Shown here in pieces: positions 36,361 through 48,397 of a stretch of 64,000 nt of DNA. The stretch comes from Macrostomum lignano (Eukaryota), in NCBI GenBank assembly GCA_002269645.1, contig NIVC01000661.1, positions 1-64,000 on the forward strand. The letters run 5' to 3'. Numbering within the stretch: the stretch's first letter is position 1; each line of letters opens with the position of its first letter. The notes below the pieces were generated by a model, which was given only the letters and a program-made list of their open reading frames with translations, searched no databases and had not been told where the DNA came from. A program made the position numbers and the translations under genes.

Positions 36361-39300
36361 CGAGTGAGGGCGGGGGTACAGTTAAAGCGTTTGAGTCAGT
36401 CAGATTTCAGATAGAACTCTTCAGTCAATTGTCAGTTGCATGTCATTAGAATGAGTGTCATTAATAACTTTCTTTAGACGAGTCTTTTCATTAAACACTA
36501 GTTCACGATTGCATTCAGTGGCATTCGCCCACCTGTAGTACAGTTCCTGCCTGCCTGATTAAGCTAATCGCTAAACTCACGCTCAAGCATGCGCGCCCAG
36601 GATTTCTTTATAAGATAAGATTGTCACGCGGGAAAGAGGCTGTAATCCGAGAAGAAAAAGTCGTAAGAGTCGTCAATCTTGTCGTTGGAAAATCTCGCGC
36701 GACAAGGCAAAGGCGGGAGGACCCACACCTATTTGCTGGCTTCTGTTCTGACTGGCCAGGTGAGAGCAAATGGATATGGGCAGGTAGGCAAGCAGATGGT
36801 CTCGCATTTCACAGAGCCCATGCAGACTGTTAATTACGCTAACACTGTTATAGGGGCGGAGGCCTCTACCCTGCCTGCTCCCCTCACCGTAAAACAATTA
36901 TCGATCTAATAATCAGTGCGAGGTGTGGATGGACCTGATTTTAACAGCTCTGATAAGCCAATGTAGGTCTACCGTTTACTCCCTCTTCGGAGCCAAAAAC
37001 CAAGCCTGGCTCGTACTGATAAGGGCGATAATTATCACGTTATAGTTATTAAAGGTTGGGCAATGGGCAACATAACATTGTTTTTTGTGCTACGTGCTAA
37101 ATCACGTGATGCCAATTAGTAATAAGTTACACCCTTTGTCTCGTACTTTGTTAGTCAGATAATTGAAAAGCTAACTGAAATAAATATTTCACAATGGTTT
37201 TATCAAAAAAAAGTTTTTGCTATTAGATGAGAAGATGACGAGGCAGAGACTACTACAACTGAAGATATAGTTACTCACGCCGTTTGCCTAGCTGATTGCT
37301 ATGACAAAAAATACTGCGAGGCATAGTCTATACTCCAGCTGTTTACTCCGGGCCAATGTTTCAGCTTTTCAAAGACGATAATGGAAGGCAAATTTGTTTT
37401 ACAAGAGGGTTATAGCAGCCAGAGCTCGACTGCCTACCTACCTTGCCTTCCCTATTGCAAGACAGGTAAGCCAGGTACCTATCAATCAATCCGACAATCC
37501 CAATAGGGAAAGCACTTATATAGAGAGTAAAATATTCGAATGGATCGATAGAATGTACTTTTATTTTTGCTGCAATCGGGGATATTGCCACTTTGAAAAT
37601 AGAATACTACCTTCACTGTGTCTAATCTAACCTACGCTGGCGCAGGTAAAAAACCTCATTCTAATGCTCTCCATTGCGATGAGAGATGGGGGAGGGAGTC
37701 TGCATAGTGCATGCGTCAGCCAGTTTAACTGAATCGGGGACACACCGCGGCAGAGGGCACTATTATGAAGCCATGGATGAGACTTAGAAGACAATCGAGA
37801 GGCATAGAAGAGGGGAAGAGAGATAAAGAGTTGGGAGAGTAGCTGAGTAGGTAGCTCTGCTCAGTGCCAAAACTCACCTACCCGGGCCTTATGACTAGGG
37901 ACTAGATTAGGCCTCTTTATAATAATGGTAGAAGCTTTGGAAAGTGGGGGAAACATGAATACATGCATGGCATGCCATCGGCCTTGCATAGGTGAAATTC
38001 TGTCCCAGTATTCAAAGGCAGGCGGAGTTCAAAATCAAATAGAACAAAAGAGGCAGAGAGCAGAACAAAGCAAAAATGGCAGGCTGCTGCAGCCGCAGGC
38101 TATGACTGACTGTGTCGGCTTCTTCTTAAAGCAATATTATCCGCTAAAAGCAATCGAAACGAATATACAGGCGATGAATTCGAAACAGCGATTTTTTATT
38201 TTGTTTAGTCTGAGTCTGAGAAAAAGCGATAATAAACCAGGAGAGTCAGCTGAAACAGAGCAATTACTAACCTTGTCTTTTGTTAATCTGTTGCTTGAAT
38301 TCTTGCACCAGCGACAGGCAGAAAAGAAAAGATGCTCTCTAGCAGTCTTTCTATGTTCTTTCGCTTCTTTGATCAAATCAAAAAAATTGCTCCGAGTTTG
38401 CTGTCCTCTGACAAGCTTTCAGACTCGTGAGAGATGAAATAAAAAGATACAGCTGCGAGTCTGGTCTCCGCCCCTCTTCTTTTCTTCTTAATAATAATAA
38501 TAATTGCAAATTGGCGAAGAACAAGCAGAGCGCAGAATGAGCGGTTCCAGTGCGGGCGGGAGAGGGCCCTGCTTACACTGCACAGTTGTGTTTGTTTTAA
38601 GCCTTTGCCAGTATAAAATACATACGCCACTATAGCCGACTAACGCTATTGCCTGTATTATTAATACAAAAAATATTTCGCCCTGTTATTTAGTAGTAGT
38701 AGGCCCCTCACTTCGCATTTGCGCGCTATTCCTATTTTATATTAAAGCCAAGCCATCCGGCCGTCACCCAATGGCGCACCCACCCCCTCCCTACCCCCCG
38801 CAGACTCTGCCGTTCTCTCCCTTGTCATTCGTAGTTGGTCTGTTGAATTCGATAGGAGAGGGGGCTAGCTTGGGGGTTGGTACAACCCGTCTTTTCCTTC
38901 CCTCGTTCCCCCTGCCCCCTGGAGGGGGAGGGGCTATACTGGCTGAGGGAGGAGCGAGTCCTCCGGAGTTTATCTGGTGGGGAGGGTCCGGCGGACTGGA
39001 TAGGGTTGGGCTATTGGCGAAGGACCGGCCTTCCTCCTGCTTCTTAACGGGGTTTGTCTGTAGACTGTCGTTTTTAATGCATCTATCTTACCACCCCTTA
39101 ACCCACCTATCTTTGCCTACCCCTTCCGGGCCTCCTTCTCCCCACGTTCGTTCCTCCAAACTTCTTTTCCTTTCCCAGCTGCTTCAATCCTTCCTGTTCC
39201 CGCAAGGGATCATATTAAAAAAGCTTAATGCTCCTCGCCTCGCCTGCATGGGCCCGGCCGTGACTTTTTTATTGCCCTTGCAATTATGATGATTTCAAAA

Positions 39301-40016
39301 CCGTAATTCCCTTCCTTTTAAACTGAGCGAGCTCGTACATTGTACTATTAAAAGGACATCTGACGTTCATTACAAAGTAGCTATACCTACCGTATGTACT
39401 TTGCTAGAATTTTATTCGTATTTTCTCTTTGACTTTAGGTTTCTGATTCTGAGTTTTTCTTAGGGATCATAATTCATAACAGCCTTAGGCATGCCTCCAA
39501 TACGCATTAGTGATCTACATTATTATTACTAAGCCGAGACCGTGCGACATTGACTGATGGGTTCTCCTGATGACGATGAAGCTGGAAACAGTTTCACTTC
39601 TGCTTCGAGAGGCCAGCATATGAAAGCCTCTGGGCTGGCCGCCACTCTGCTTGCTTCGCTAGCCATGGGGAACAAACAGTTCTGACGTGCGAGGATGCAG
39701 TCGCGATTACGCAATCGCGCAAAACTATAAAAGGCGATGACGGTTTGGCAGGCTGTATGGGCAACAGAATCAGTTTGCTTTGTAGGCGCCAAGGCGTTAC
39801 CAGGGGCTGTTTAAATGGAAGGTTTAGCCTGGCTTTTAGTCAACAAAAGCATGCGCGTTTGCATGCATTTCCTGTAAATATACAGCAGCCAGTGTTACAG
39901 GGGATGGGCAGGGGGGAAGTCCGCCTGTCTGTCTGCGTCCATCCACATTTATATGTGCTGCAGAACCGTGGGAGAACTCTACGAGAACTGGCTCACAAAT
40001 AAGAATTTGCAGATGA

Positions 40017-41050
40017 TGTTGGGCTAGTTCACTATATAAGAAAGTTATTATGTAAGATCGCTCTCAAATATACCTATTTGTAGGCCCTAACTACCATTTT
40101 GTAGCCCATAACTACCTTTTTGTAGCCCTAAACTACCAGTTTGTCGTCCTTAACTACAATTTTATAGCTCTCAACTACCATTTTGTTGTCCTAAACTACC
40201 ATTTTGTAGTCCTAAAGTACCATTCTGTAGTCCTAAACTACCATTCTGTAGTCCTAAACTACCAATCTTTAGTCCTTAACTACCATTTTGTAGCCCTAAA
40301 CTACCATTTTGTAGCCCTAAACTACCATTTTGTGGCCCTAAACTACATTCTGTAGTCCTAAACTAACATTCTGTATGGTCCTAAACTACCATTCTGTAGT
40401 CCTTAACTACCATTTTGTAGTCCTAAACTACCATTCTGTAGTCCTTAACTACCATTTTGTAGTCCTTAACTACCATTTTATAGTCCTAAACTACCATTTT
40501 TCAGGGTACCATTCACTCTGAAGTACATATACGTAAATACAAGTCCTCTGTAATGCACATGCATACGCACGTACATGTATGTACTAGCAGATGGACTAAA
40601 GTAAAGTACAGCCGAAGCCTGAAGGCAATATTTTCTATAGTATACACGGTTACTACGTATTGTGTACAGTGCATGTACAGCATATGTTAAACACGTGTGT
40701 ACACATACAGAATATAAGGGACAGATGGGTCTAATTATAATATTTAAAGCCTACACAGCATGTTATAAATAGAACAGAATTGAAATCGAATATGTATACA
40801 CGTGAGCTTGCGACCACTATCACAGCTATATTCATCTCCCTCTGTTAATAAGGTATTGCGGTAACACGCCAGTCTTTGGGGGCCGCGGGTCCAAAGTTGC
40901 GCAACCACATACACACGAGCCTAGCCGGTTTCAAAGGCACTGACAGCCCATCTGCTTCGGTCTGTGGTTATTACAACATGCTTCTTTGTCAATAAAGACC
41001 TCCCTCAGCGGGCACTCTCTTCATCTCTCCCCGTCTTCTCGATCCCAACA
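40017..41050 (+). mobile_element. Candidate solo LTR (about 1.03 kb)
   Basis: 7-bp inverted termini TGTTGGG...CCCAACA, TATAAATA at about 40764 and AATAAA at 40991. The flanks do not form a clean TSD. Confidence 0.4.
40083..40502. repeat. 22-bp minisatellite with an internal inverted repeat (ACTAC-CATTTT-GTAGT)
   Basis: Direct reading. Confidence 0.92.
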
Positions 41051-41503
41051 GAGTGAGTCATGTGCATATACGCACGTATAAGTAATTCTTATTAAGGCTT
41101 AAGGCGACACTTTGTATAATATACAGAATTCATAATCATGGCCTGCATGCTGGGATCTATAAAGTGGCAGATGTTTTATTTGTATCAGAGCAGTGTGTCG
41201 GCGCTCTGCATCTTTTCTATATTTTGTTTGTTTTGTTATATTCTAATTGTTTGATGAAAAATAGAAGCAAAAATGTGCTCAGAATATTTCGATTGACTGT
41301 TTTTTTCTAACATTAAAACATTCCTCTTCATGATAATTTTTTTCGCAGTTGTTAACTTGAAATTAGGACATGTTACACTCTACTCTACTATTAGTAAGGT
41401 TGTTAGGAAAGAGAAACTTTTTCTTACCCGAAATAAAATTGTACTTACAGTTGAGCGCCAGAAAGGATGTTGGAAGCACCACAATTGGTGTTGAGGCGCG
41501 ATG

Positions 41504-43538
41504 GGGTCTACGAAATTTGCCCTCCGGAATTTTGCCTGCCGACGTTTGCCTGCCGACGTTTGTCGGCCGACGTTTGCCCGCCGACGTTTGCCCGCCGACG
41601 TTTGCCCGCCGACGTTTGCCCGCCGAAGTTTGCCCGCCGAAGTTTGCCCGCCGAAGTTTGCCCGCCGAAGTTTGCCCGCCGAAGTTTACCCGCCGAAGTT
41701 TGCCCGCTGACGTTTGCCCACCGACGTTTGCCCGGCGACGTTTGCCCGCCGACGTTTGTCTGCCGACGTTTGCCCGCCGACGTTTGCCCGCCGACGTTTG
41801 CCCGCCGACGTTTGGGCGCCGAAGTTTGCCCACCGACGTTTGCCTGCCGACGTTTGCCCACCGACGTTTGCCCGCCGACGTTTGCCCGCCGACGTTTGCC
41901 CGCGAGAACTTTGCCTGCCGACGTTTGCCCGCGAGAACTTTGCCTGCCGACGTTTGCCCGCGAGAACTTTGCCTGCCGACGTTTGCCCGCCGACATTTTT
42001 CGGCCGGAACTAGTACTCAAATAATTTCCACATGACCCTTCATTTCTCCGTAAACGTGTATCTTAACAGAATTAGACGAGCGTTTACAAACTCAATCAAT
42101 CTTTCTGTGTATACCTTCGTGTACGAAAAATGAATTTTTTCATTTTTACTTAGATTCCATTCCATTCCATTCCACTTGGATTCCATTCCAGTCCAGCTAC
42201 ACAACAAGCTCTTCAAAAATTACAGTGATTGTTATTTATTTCAGTTCAGTCGCATATATTTCCGTATGCTCATGCATTACACATTGTCAAGTAGATCCAT
42301 TTATCCAAGATTTTTTCCACGAGAGGTACTCACCTTCGATCTTCGAAAAAACGAGAGTGCAGCCGCTACACAAATAAACGTAAAAATGTGAAACGGTACA
42401 GCTAATAATTTTATGTTATTACCGTCAAGTAAATTTAATCTTCACAATTTTATTTCGCATCATGTTTCCGTTCATGATTCTATTATGCGGCTAAATGAAA
42501 AGGAGTTGAAAACATAATGAGAATCGACTTCCTTTAGGGGGAAATGTCACTCAGCCAAATATGAAGCGAAATATTGACCGCGGGCAAACTTCGGCGGACA
42601 AACGTCGGCGGGCAAACTTCGGCGGGCAAACTTCGGCGGGCAAACGTCGGTGGGCAAACTTCGGCGGGCAAACGTCGGCGGGCAAACGTCAGCGGGCAAA
42701 CGTCGGCGGGCAAACTTCGGCGGGCAAACGTCGGTGGGCAAACTTCGGCGCCCAAACGTCAGCGGGCAAACGTCGGCGGGCAAACGTCGGCGGGCAAACG
42801 TCGGTGGGCAAACTTCGGCGGGCAAACGTCGGCGGGCAAACGTCAGCGGGCAAACTTCGGCGCCCAAACGTCAGCGGGCAAACGTCGGCGAGCAAACGTC
42901 GGCGGGCAAACTTCGGCGGGCAAACGTCGGCGGGCAAACTTCGGCGGGCAAACGTCGGTGGGCAAACGTCGGCGGGCAAACTTCGGAGGGCAAACTTCGG
43001 CCGGTAAACGTCGGCGGGCAAACTTCGGCGGGCAAACGTCGGCGGGCAAACTTCGGCGGGCAAACGTCGGTGGGCAAACGTCGGCGGGCAAACTTCGGCG
43101 GGCAAACGTCGGCGGGCAAACGTCGGCGGGCAAACGTCGGCGGGCAAACTTCGGCGGGCAAACGTCGGCGGGCAAACTTCGGCGGGCAAACGTCGGCGGG
43201 CAAACTTCGGCGGGCAAACGTCGGTGGGCAAACGTCGGCGGGCAAACTTCGGCGGGCAAACGTCGGCGGGCAAACTTCGGCGGGCAAACGTCGGTGGGCA
43301 AACGTCGGCGGGCAAACTTCGGCGGGCAAACGTCGGCGGGCAAACTTCGGCGGGCAAACGTCGGCGGGCAAACTTCGGCGGGCAAACGTCGGTGGGCAAA
43401 CGTCGGCGGGCAAACTTCGGCGGGCAAACGTCGGCGGGCAAACGTCGGCGGGCAAACGTCGGCGGGCAAACGTCGGCGGGCAAACGTCGGCGGGCAAACG
43501 TCGGCGGGGAAACGTCGGCGGGGAAACGTCGTGCTCCC
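41504..43538. mobile_element. Non-autonomous foldback / Mutator-like element (2035 bp) with arms of inverted 14-bp tandem repeats
   Basis: Left arm (CCGCCGACGTTTGC)n at about 41520-42002, AT-rich spacer, right arm the reverse complement at about 42578-43530. GGG...CCC termini and a perfect 9-bp TSD GGCGCGATG at 41495-41503 and 43539-43547. Confidence 0.88.
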
Positions 43539-44370
43539 GGCGCGATGGCGTGGGTTAAGGCGTCATGCGCCATGCTGAAAGTTAAGGAACAATGGTGAGT
43601 CTTGAGACGCTATGGTGAGGGTTGAGGCTCCATGATTGAGTGTTGCGGCGCTAATGTGAGGATTGAGGTGCATTGTCAAGGGTTGAGGCGCTATGACGAG
43701 GGTTGAGGCGCCATGGTTTGGAGGTTCAGTATAAAAAACTGCTCATTTTTGTCTTATTAAAATGAAACAAGCGTGGCAACTAAAATACGAGTACTGATCA
43801 CTAACAGTAGTACATCATCCTCTTCTTATCATTATTTCTCTGATGACAGAAGCGGAAACAAATTTATTCAACAGCATCATGGTCAGCATCCGAAGAAGCA
43901 GGCAAGAGCTGCACTCGCACGCTGAACTGGCTGCTTTTAGAAGAGAATCTATATGGAACAAAACCAGGCAAATTTCAGTCTAATTAAAGAAGGCAAAACT
44001 TGCTCTGGCGCAAGCCAGTTGTGTTCGAGCGTTGAGCTGTGCATGAATCGCTACATCCGCAAACAATGCGAGCCCATGTTGGCAGCTCATTAGTTTCAGT
44101 TTCCTTTGCTGTGGATCTTGATGGAGAACATTATTCCTTTTTTTACCCAGTGTCACGGAGTTCCTTACTGGAGGTCCCCCCGAACTCATCATACCTGAAT
44201 AATTACGGAAAGCATAATTCTAACAAATGTTGCAGTCACTAATTTTGCTACCAGGTGGAATTCGGGTTTTCTGATTTAATGTTGTGTACAAAAAGCTCTA
44301 TCATTTTTAGCTTTTTTGCAAAACACATTTTTTGATTGGGTTCTTTGAAAGTTCTTTAATAAAAGTTACG

Positions 44371-44560
44371 GGGCCGGAGCCCAGTGGTACAGCGTGGCGC
44401 TCTGATGTGCCTGCGGCCCAGGCTCGATTCCAAGTGCAGTCGCATTGATTTGGGGCTAAATTGGAATCCCGGCTTGGCTCTGCTCGTGCAATTAACGGCC
44501 TTTTAGGGCCAACCTTCAAGGCACAGTGAAGTGTACATGTCTAACAAATAATAAAATTAG
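44371..44560 (+). mobile_element. tRNA-derived SINE (degenerate)
   Basis: A-box-like TGGTACAGCGTGG at 44385, B-box-like GGCTCGATTCC at 44421, and an A-rich tail AACAAATAATAAAA at about 44544. Confidence 0.6.
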
Positions 44561-44711
44561 GGTCACTGTACACTCCTGTGTGAGTGTGTGCCTGTGCGTA
44601 TGACTGCGTACGTATCCGCGCGCTTGTGTACCTGCTCAGGGGAGTCGGCGGAATGGGCAGTAATGCCTCTCACCGGTTGTTTGAATTTGGTGTAAGACGC
44701 TGGGCTTCTTC

Positions 44712-45082
44712 AACTTGGATGTCAGGGGCTTGAATTTGGGTATCAAAGGCTTCAGCTTGGATGTCAGGGGCTTGAAATTGGGTATCAGAGGCTTCAACTA
44801 GGATGTCAGAGATTTAACTTGGATGGCAGAGGCTTCAACTTGGATGTCAGGGGCTTGAACTAGGGTATCAGAGGCTTCAACTAGGATGTCAGAGATTTAA
44901 CTTGGATGGCAGAGGTTTCAACTAGGATGTCAAAGGCTTCAACTAGGATGTCAGAGATTTAACTTGATGTCAGAAGCTTCAACTTGGATGTCAGGGCTTC
45001 AACTAAGATGTCAGAGACTTAACTTGGGTGTCAGAGGCTTCAAATCGGATGTCAGAGGCTTCAAATCGGATGTCAGAGGCTT
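44712..45082. repeat. About 21-bp degenerate minisatellite (CTTCAACTTGGATGTCAGAGG)
   Basis: Direct reading. Confidence 0.88.
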
Positions 45083-45762
45083 CCGTCTTCATGAAGCCTC
45101 AGTCTACACACCAAAAACTAACCAATGAATAAATTCACTGTCATTCGTTTGCCTTCTCAGTTCATCAGCAGCTCAGTTTTGCGGTGTCTGCATTCGAAAG
45201 TCATGCATCTTACATTACGAGCGTATGCATTTATTATTTCGTTTTGCAATGAAACAATCATTTTTTGCCCTCCTGAGCGCGAAAAGGTATTCATAATGCA
45301 AACCTGAGCTGCTCATTGGCTGAGCAATCTTCCAGCCAATCAGATCTGCCAACTGGACAGTTGGATGAGGCGAAGCGCCACACAGATAGAAGATGTGATT
45401 CTGATGGGGCTGGAAGACAGTATAAAATACAACACGGATGCTGACCCAAGTTTGAGCGAGTTAGCTTGTACTGGAGTTGCATTCTCAGCTAAATCAATGT
45501 GAACTGTGCGACATCTATAGCTGAGATTAGCTTTTATATCGACCTACTGAAGTTAAATAAGAAAATATGTTTAGCAAACAAACAACTGATCGTGCGCTGA
45601 GACTGGCTGTGGTGGCTATCGTCGCCTCGGCTGCACTTTTACCTTGCGCGGAACCAACAAACGTAAGCTAATTTAGAATATTAGAGCAAGAATGTAGTTT
45701 TTTCATTTTTTATTTTGTTTCAAAAAGTATCCTAGAGATTCACTGAAACGCTACAAGATTTA

Positions 45763-47709
45763 TTAGGAGATACCAGCCTCCACCATCAGCGCCACATAGT
45801 AGGTGTTCACGTCTAGGTAGCCGGCACTGTAGTTCGCAACAACTCGGCAACCGAGCAGACCCGCGTCCTCCACAGTAACGTTGAAGATGCTCAGTCTGAA
45901 TCGGCCAGCGCTGGGCTGGTTCAGCTGGATCCGTTCCGAACTCACTATCGGTCGAGTGTTTCTCAGAGGCTGGACGGACACTGACACAATGTCCTTGACG
46001 GAGTCCACTTTGCAATTGAGACTAAAATTCTTTCCAGCCCGAACTCGGAGCAGCGGTTCACGAGTCCACTGACTCGGCGTCAGCGATGGCAGGACATTGA
46101 CTTGTACGGAGCGCCAGTCGGAGGCGGTCGCACCTCGGTGGCAGCGGCAGGCGTACAGGCCGCTGTGTCGAAGGCTGTCCGCCCCAGACAAAAGCAGAAC
46201 GGAGCCTTGGGGCAAAGTTGGCAGTGCCAAAGCCTCAATATTGGCACCATTGTTGAGTTTCCATCCTACGAGCAGCTCTTCAACCGGATGCCGCTTGCCG
46301 GTGCAGGGGCACTCGAGCAGGAAGCTGTCCCCGTGGCGGATGAGCTGACTGCTGTAGGGGTTCATTGAAAGCACAGCAGGGTAGCCGGGTACCACGGACA
46401 CGGGCTTGAAGGCCAGGTTGCACTCGGGAGGCTGGCACGGCTTGTAGTTGATGAGGAGCGTTCGCTCTCGAGTCACGTGACCCAGACGGCCGTTAGGCAA
46501 GCTGACTTGACACAGATATCGCTCTTCGCCCTGACTCCACGAGGAATCGACGATGAAGTCGAACTTGGCTCGGCTTAGTTGCAGACCGCCGCGAGTGGCC
46601 TGGTTCACCGCCTCCATCGGGATCAGGTCGACTCGATCCTGGGCCTTTTCACCATCGATCGTGAGAAAGCACTCAATTGACGCAGCGTCCGGCTTCACGG
46701 CGATGGCATTTGAAGTCACAACCGGCTGGCCAATGGTGGCGAACACCTCAACGGACTGGCTGGAAAAGTGGCCCAGCCGAGTTGTCATCAGCTGCGCCTC
46801 CCTGCTCAGCACCGAGCCGTAACTGTTTGCAGCGATGCAGGCAACTCTAGGCGGCCTCTTGTGGCTGTCTGCCAGCAGCAGCTGTGCGTTGACAACGATC
46901 AGTTGGCTGCTCTCCTGGATGCCGTCAGTCGGGCAGAGCTCGCGCTTGCAGTCGCGCTGAAGATTATAGAACAGAAGTCTCCGCAAGTTGACACCAGGCT
47001 GGTCGATCGGCAGTCTCGGGCTGTGAACAACATTGGCATTGATTGGCTGCAAAGAGAACTCCAGTTGGTCCTCGTCGCTGACAAGAGTCCACGAGACTGT
47101 TGGCTTCGGCAAGCCGAATGCCTGACAATTAAATGTGACGACAAACGGTGAAGACTTGGTGCCGGTTGTTGGAACTAGTAGGTCTTCCGTAACAAAGGCA
47201 TCCTCTGGATCGCGCTCGATCTGGGGCCGCTGCTGCGCCGGTCGCGCTGGCGCCTCGCAGACGAAATTTCTCGGCACGGCGGTGGTGTTTGCCAGCAACT
47301 CGATTTTCGACGGGTCAACGTTGGGACAGAGCAGCAGCCAGCGAGCCTCTGGGTGGTGCGGCTGTTTCACGAGCCTCTGGTCGATTCCCAGTGGATCGAA
47401 AAGCCATTGACCGCGGTGACTCTCGCTGGGATTCGCCGCGATGATAAGATCGTTAACAAACTGTACCTTGGAGTGCTTGTGCTGAAACGATAGTAGCCGA
47501 GATCTTGACTCGAAACACGTACGCAACGCCTCGTCTAAAAGCATCGGATTTGGCATCAACTTCAGGCAGGTGGTCTCGTGCCAATCACTGTAGACATGCC
47601 AGCCGGTGCTGGGGCATTGAAAGGGCGGCACTGCGCCTGATTCAGTTTGACTGCCAGCTGCAAATGCTAGCAGTGCAATCAGTAGCGGCAGCGGTGGAGC
47701 TTCTCGCAT
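45763..47709 (-). CDS. Secretory-pathway protein: signal peptide + C-type lectin-like domain + 4 Ig domains (contactin-like), 648 aa in one exon
   Basis: Hydrophobic N-terminus. CTLD cysteines CPSTGW..TCLKL..EALRTC..LLSF..NFVCE. Four Ig C..C pairs (FNCQAFGLPKPTVSW; YLCQV; LECPC..GW..SGLYAC; LNCKV..EDAGLLGC). No TM or FN3 domain within the ORF. Confidence 0.85.
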   Translation of the reverse strand: MREAPPLPLLIALLAFAAGSQTESGAVPPFQCPSTGWHVYSDWHETTCLKLMPNPMLLDEALRTCFESRSRLLSFQHKHSKVQFVNDLIIAANPSESHRGQWLFDPLGIDQRLVKQPHHPEARWLLLCPNVDPSKIELLANTTAVPRNFVCEAPARPAQQRPQIERDPEDAFVTEDLLVPTTGTKSSPFVVTFNCQAFGLPKPTVSWTLVSDEDQLEFSLQPINANVVHSPRLPIDQPGVNLRRLLFYNLQRDCKRELCPTDGIQESSQLIVVNAQLLLADSHKRPPRVACIAANSYGSVLSREAQLMTTRLGHFSSQSVEVFATIGQPVVTSNAIAVKPDAASIECFLTIDGEKAQDRVDLIPMEAVNQATRGGLQLSRAKFDFIVDSSWSQGEERYLCQVSLPNGRLGHVTRERTLLINYKPCQPPECNLAFKPVSVVPGYPAVLSMNPYSSQLIRHGDSFLLECPCTGKRHPVEELLVGWKLNNGANIEALALPTLPQGSVLLLSGADSLRHSGLYACRCHRGATASDWRSVQVNVLPSLTPSQWTREPLLRVRAGKNFSLNCKVDSVKDIVSVSVQPLRNTRPIVSSERIQLNQPSAGRFRLSIFNVTVEDAGLLGCRVVANYSAGYLDVNTYYVALMVEAGIS

Positions 47710-48397
47710 TTCAGCTTGAACAAAGATAGCTTGAACTGAACTCAGTTGGATGGTAATACTATGAATCGCTGACTCTGGCTTTAACAGAATGCGTTTTAAA
47801 CTCGAGGGAGAGGCCAGACTGCTGATTGGTCATGCTGCGGCGTGAGGTGGGCTTGTTAGGGATAGAAAAATCGGCCAAGCTCCAAGTCTTGCGTACATCA
47901 AAGATACTCTGAACGTACATTGCTCGCACGGCTGGTTTTGGAATAATAATGTACAAGCCAGACACTAGCAGGAATTGCAGTTGGAGCTCCTCCTTTCCAG
48001 TCCGCTTAGCGTGAATCAATCAAAAGAACTGTTTGCAGTTTGGATGTAAAACAACACGAAAACATCAATGTTTCAAAAGGAGACGCGCTGGATCAAGCGA
48101 ACAGGGGCATCTATCTCTCTTTTTCATTCTCGTTTCTCGCTTGAACTGGCTCAGCCTGCATGTCGTTCCTCTGCCAGCCGCCGCTAATCGACTGTAAAAG
48201 ATCCGCGGAGAGTCGGCTCTGGTTTTAAGTTTCCGCCCTTTTCCTGCTTCTTCGTCTCGTGAGGATAAAAAAACCAAGGGAGGGGGGATTCTGCGCAGAG
48301 GGTGTTTAGCAATGCCTGCCGGGGGGGGGGGACAACTGGGGCGGTCCGTTGGAGCAGAAAATTGGGACAGCTATCGACTCACTCCAAGAGGCTCTCC

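Noticed and set aside
47710-47725. Spliced-leader-supplied AUG at the acceptor 5 nt upstream of the CTL-Ig start
   Set aside because: It would be out of frame, and cis- versus trans-splicing cannot be told from the sequence.
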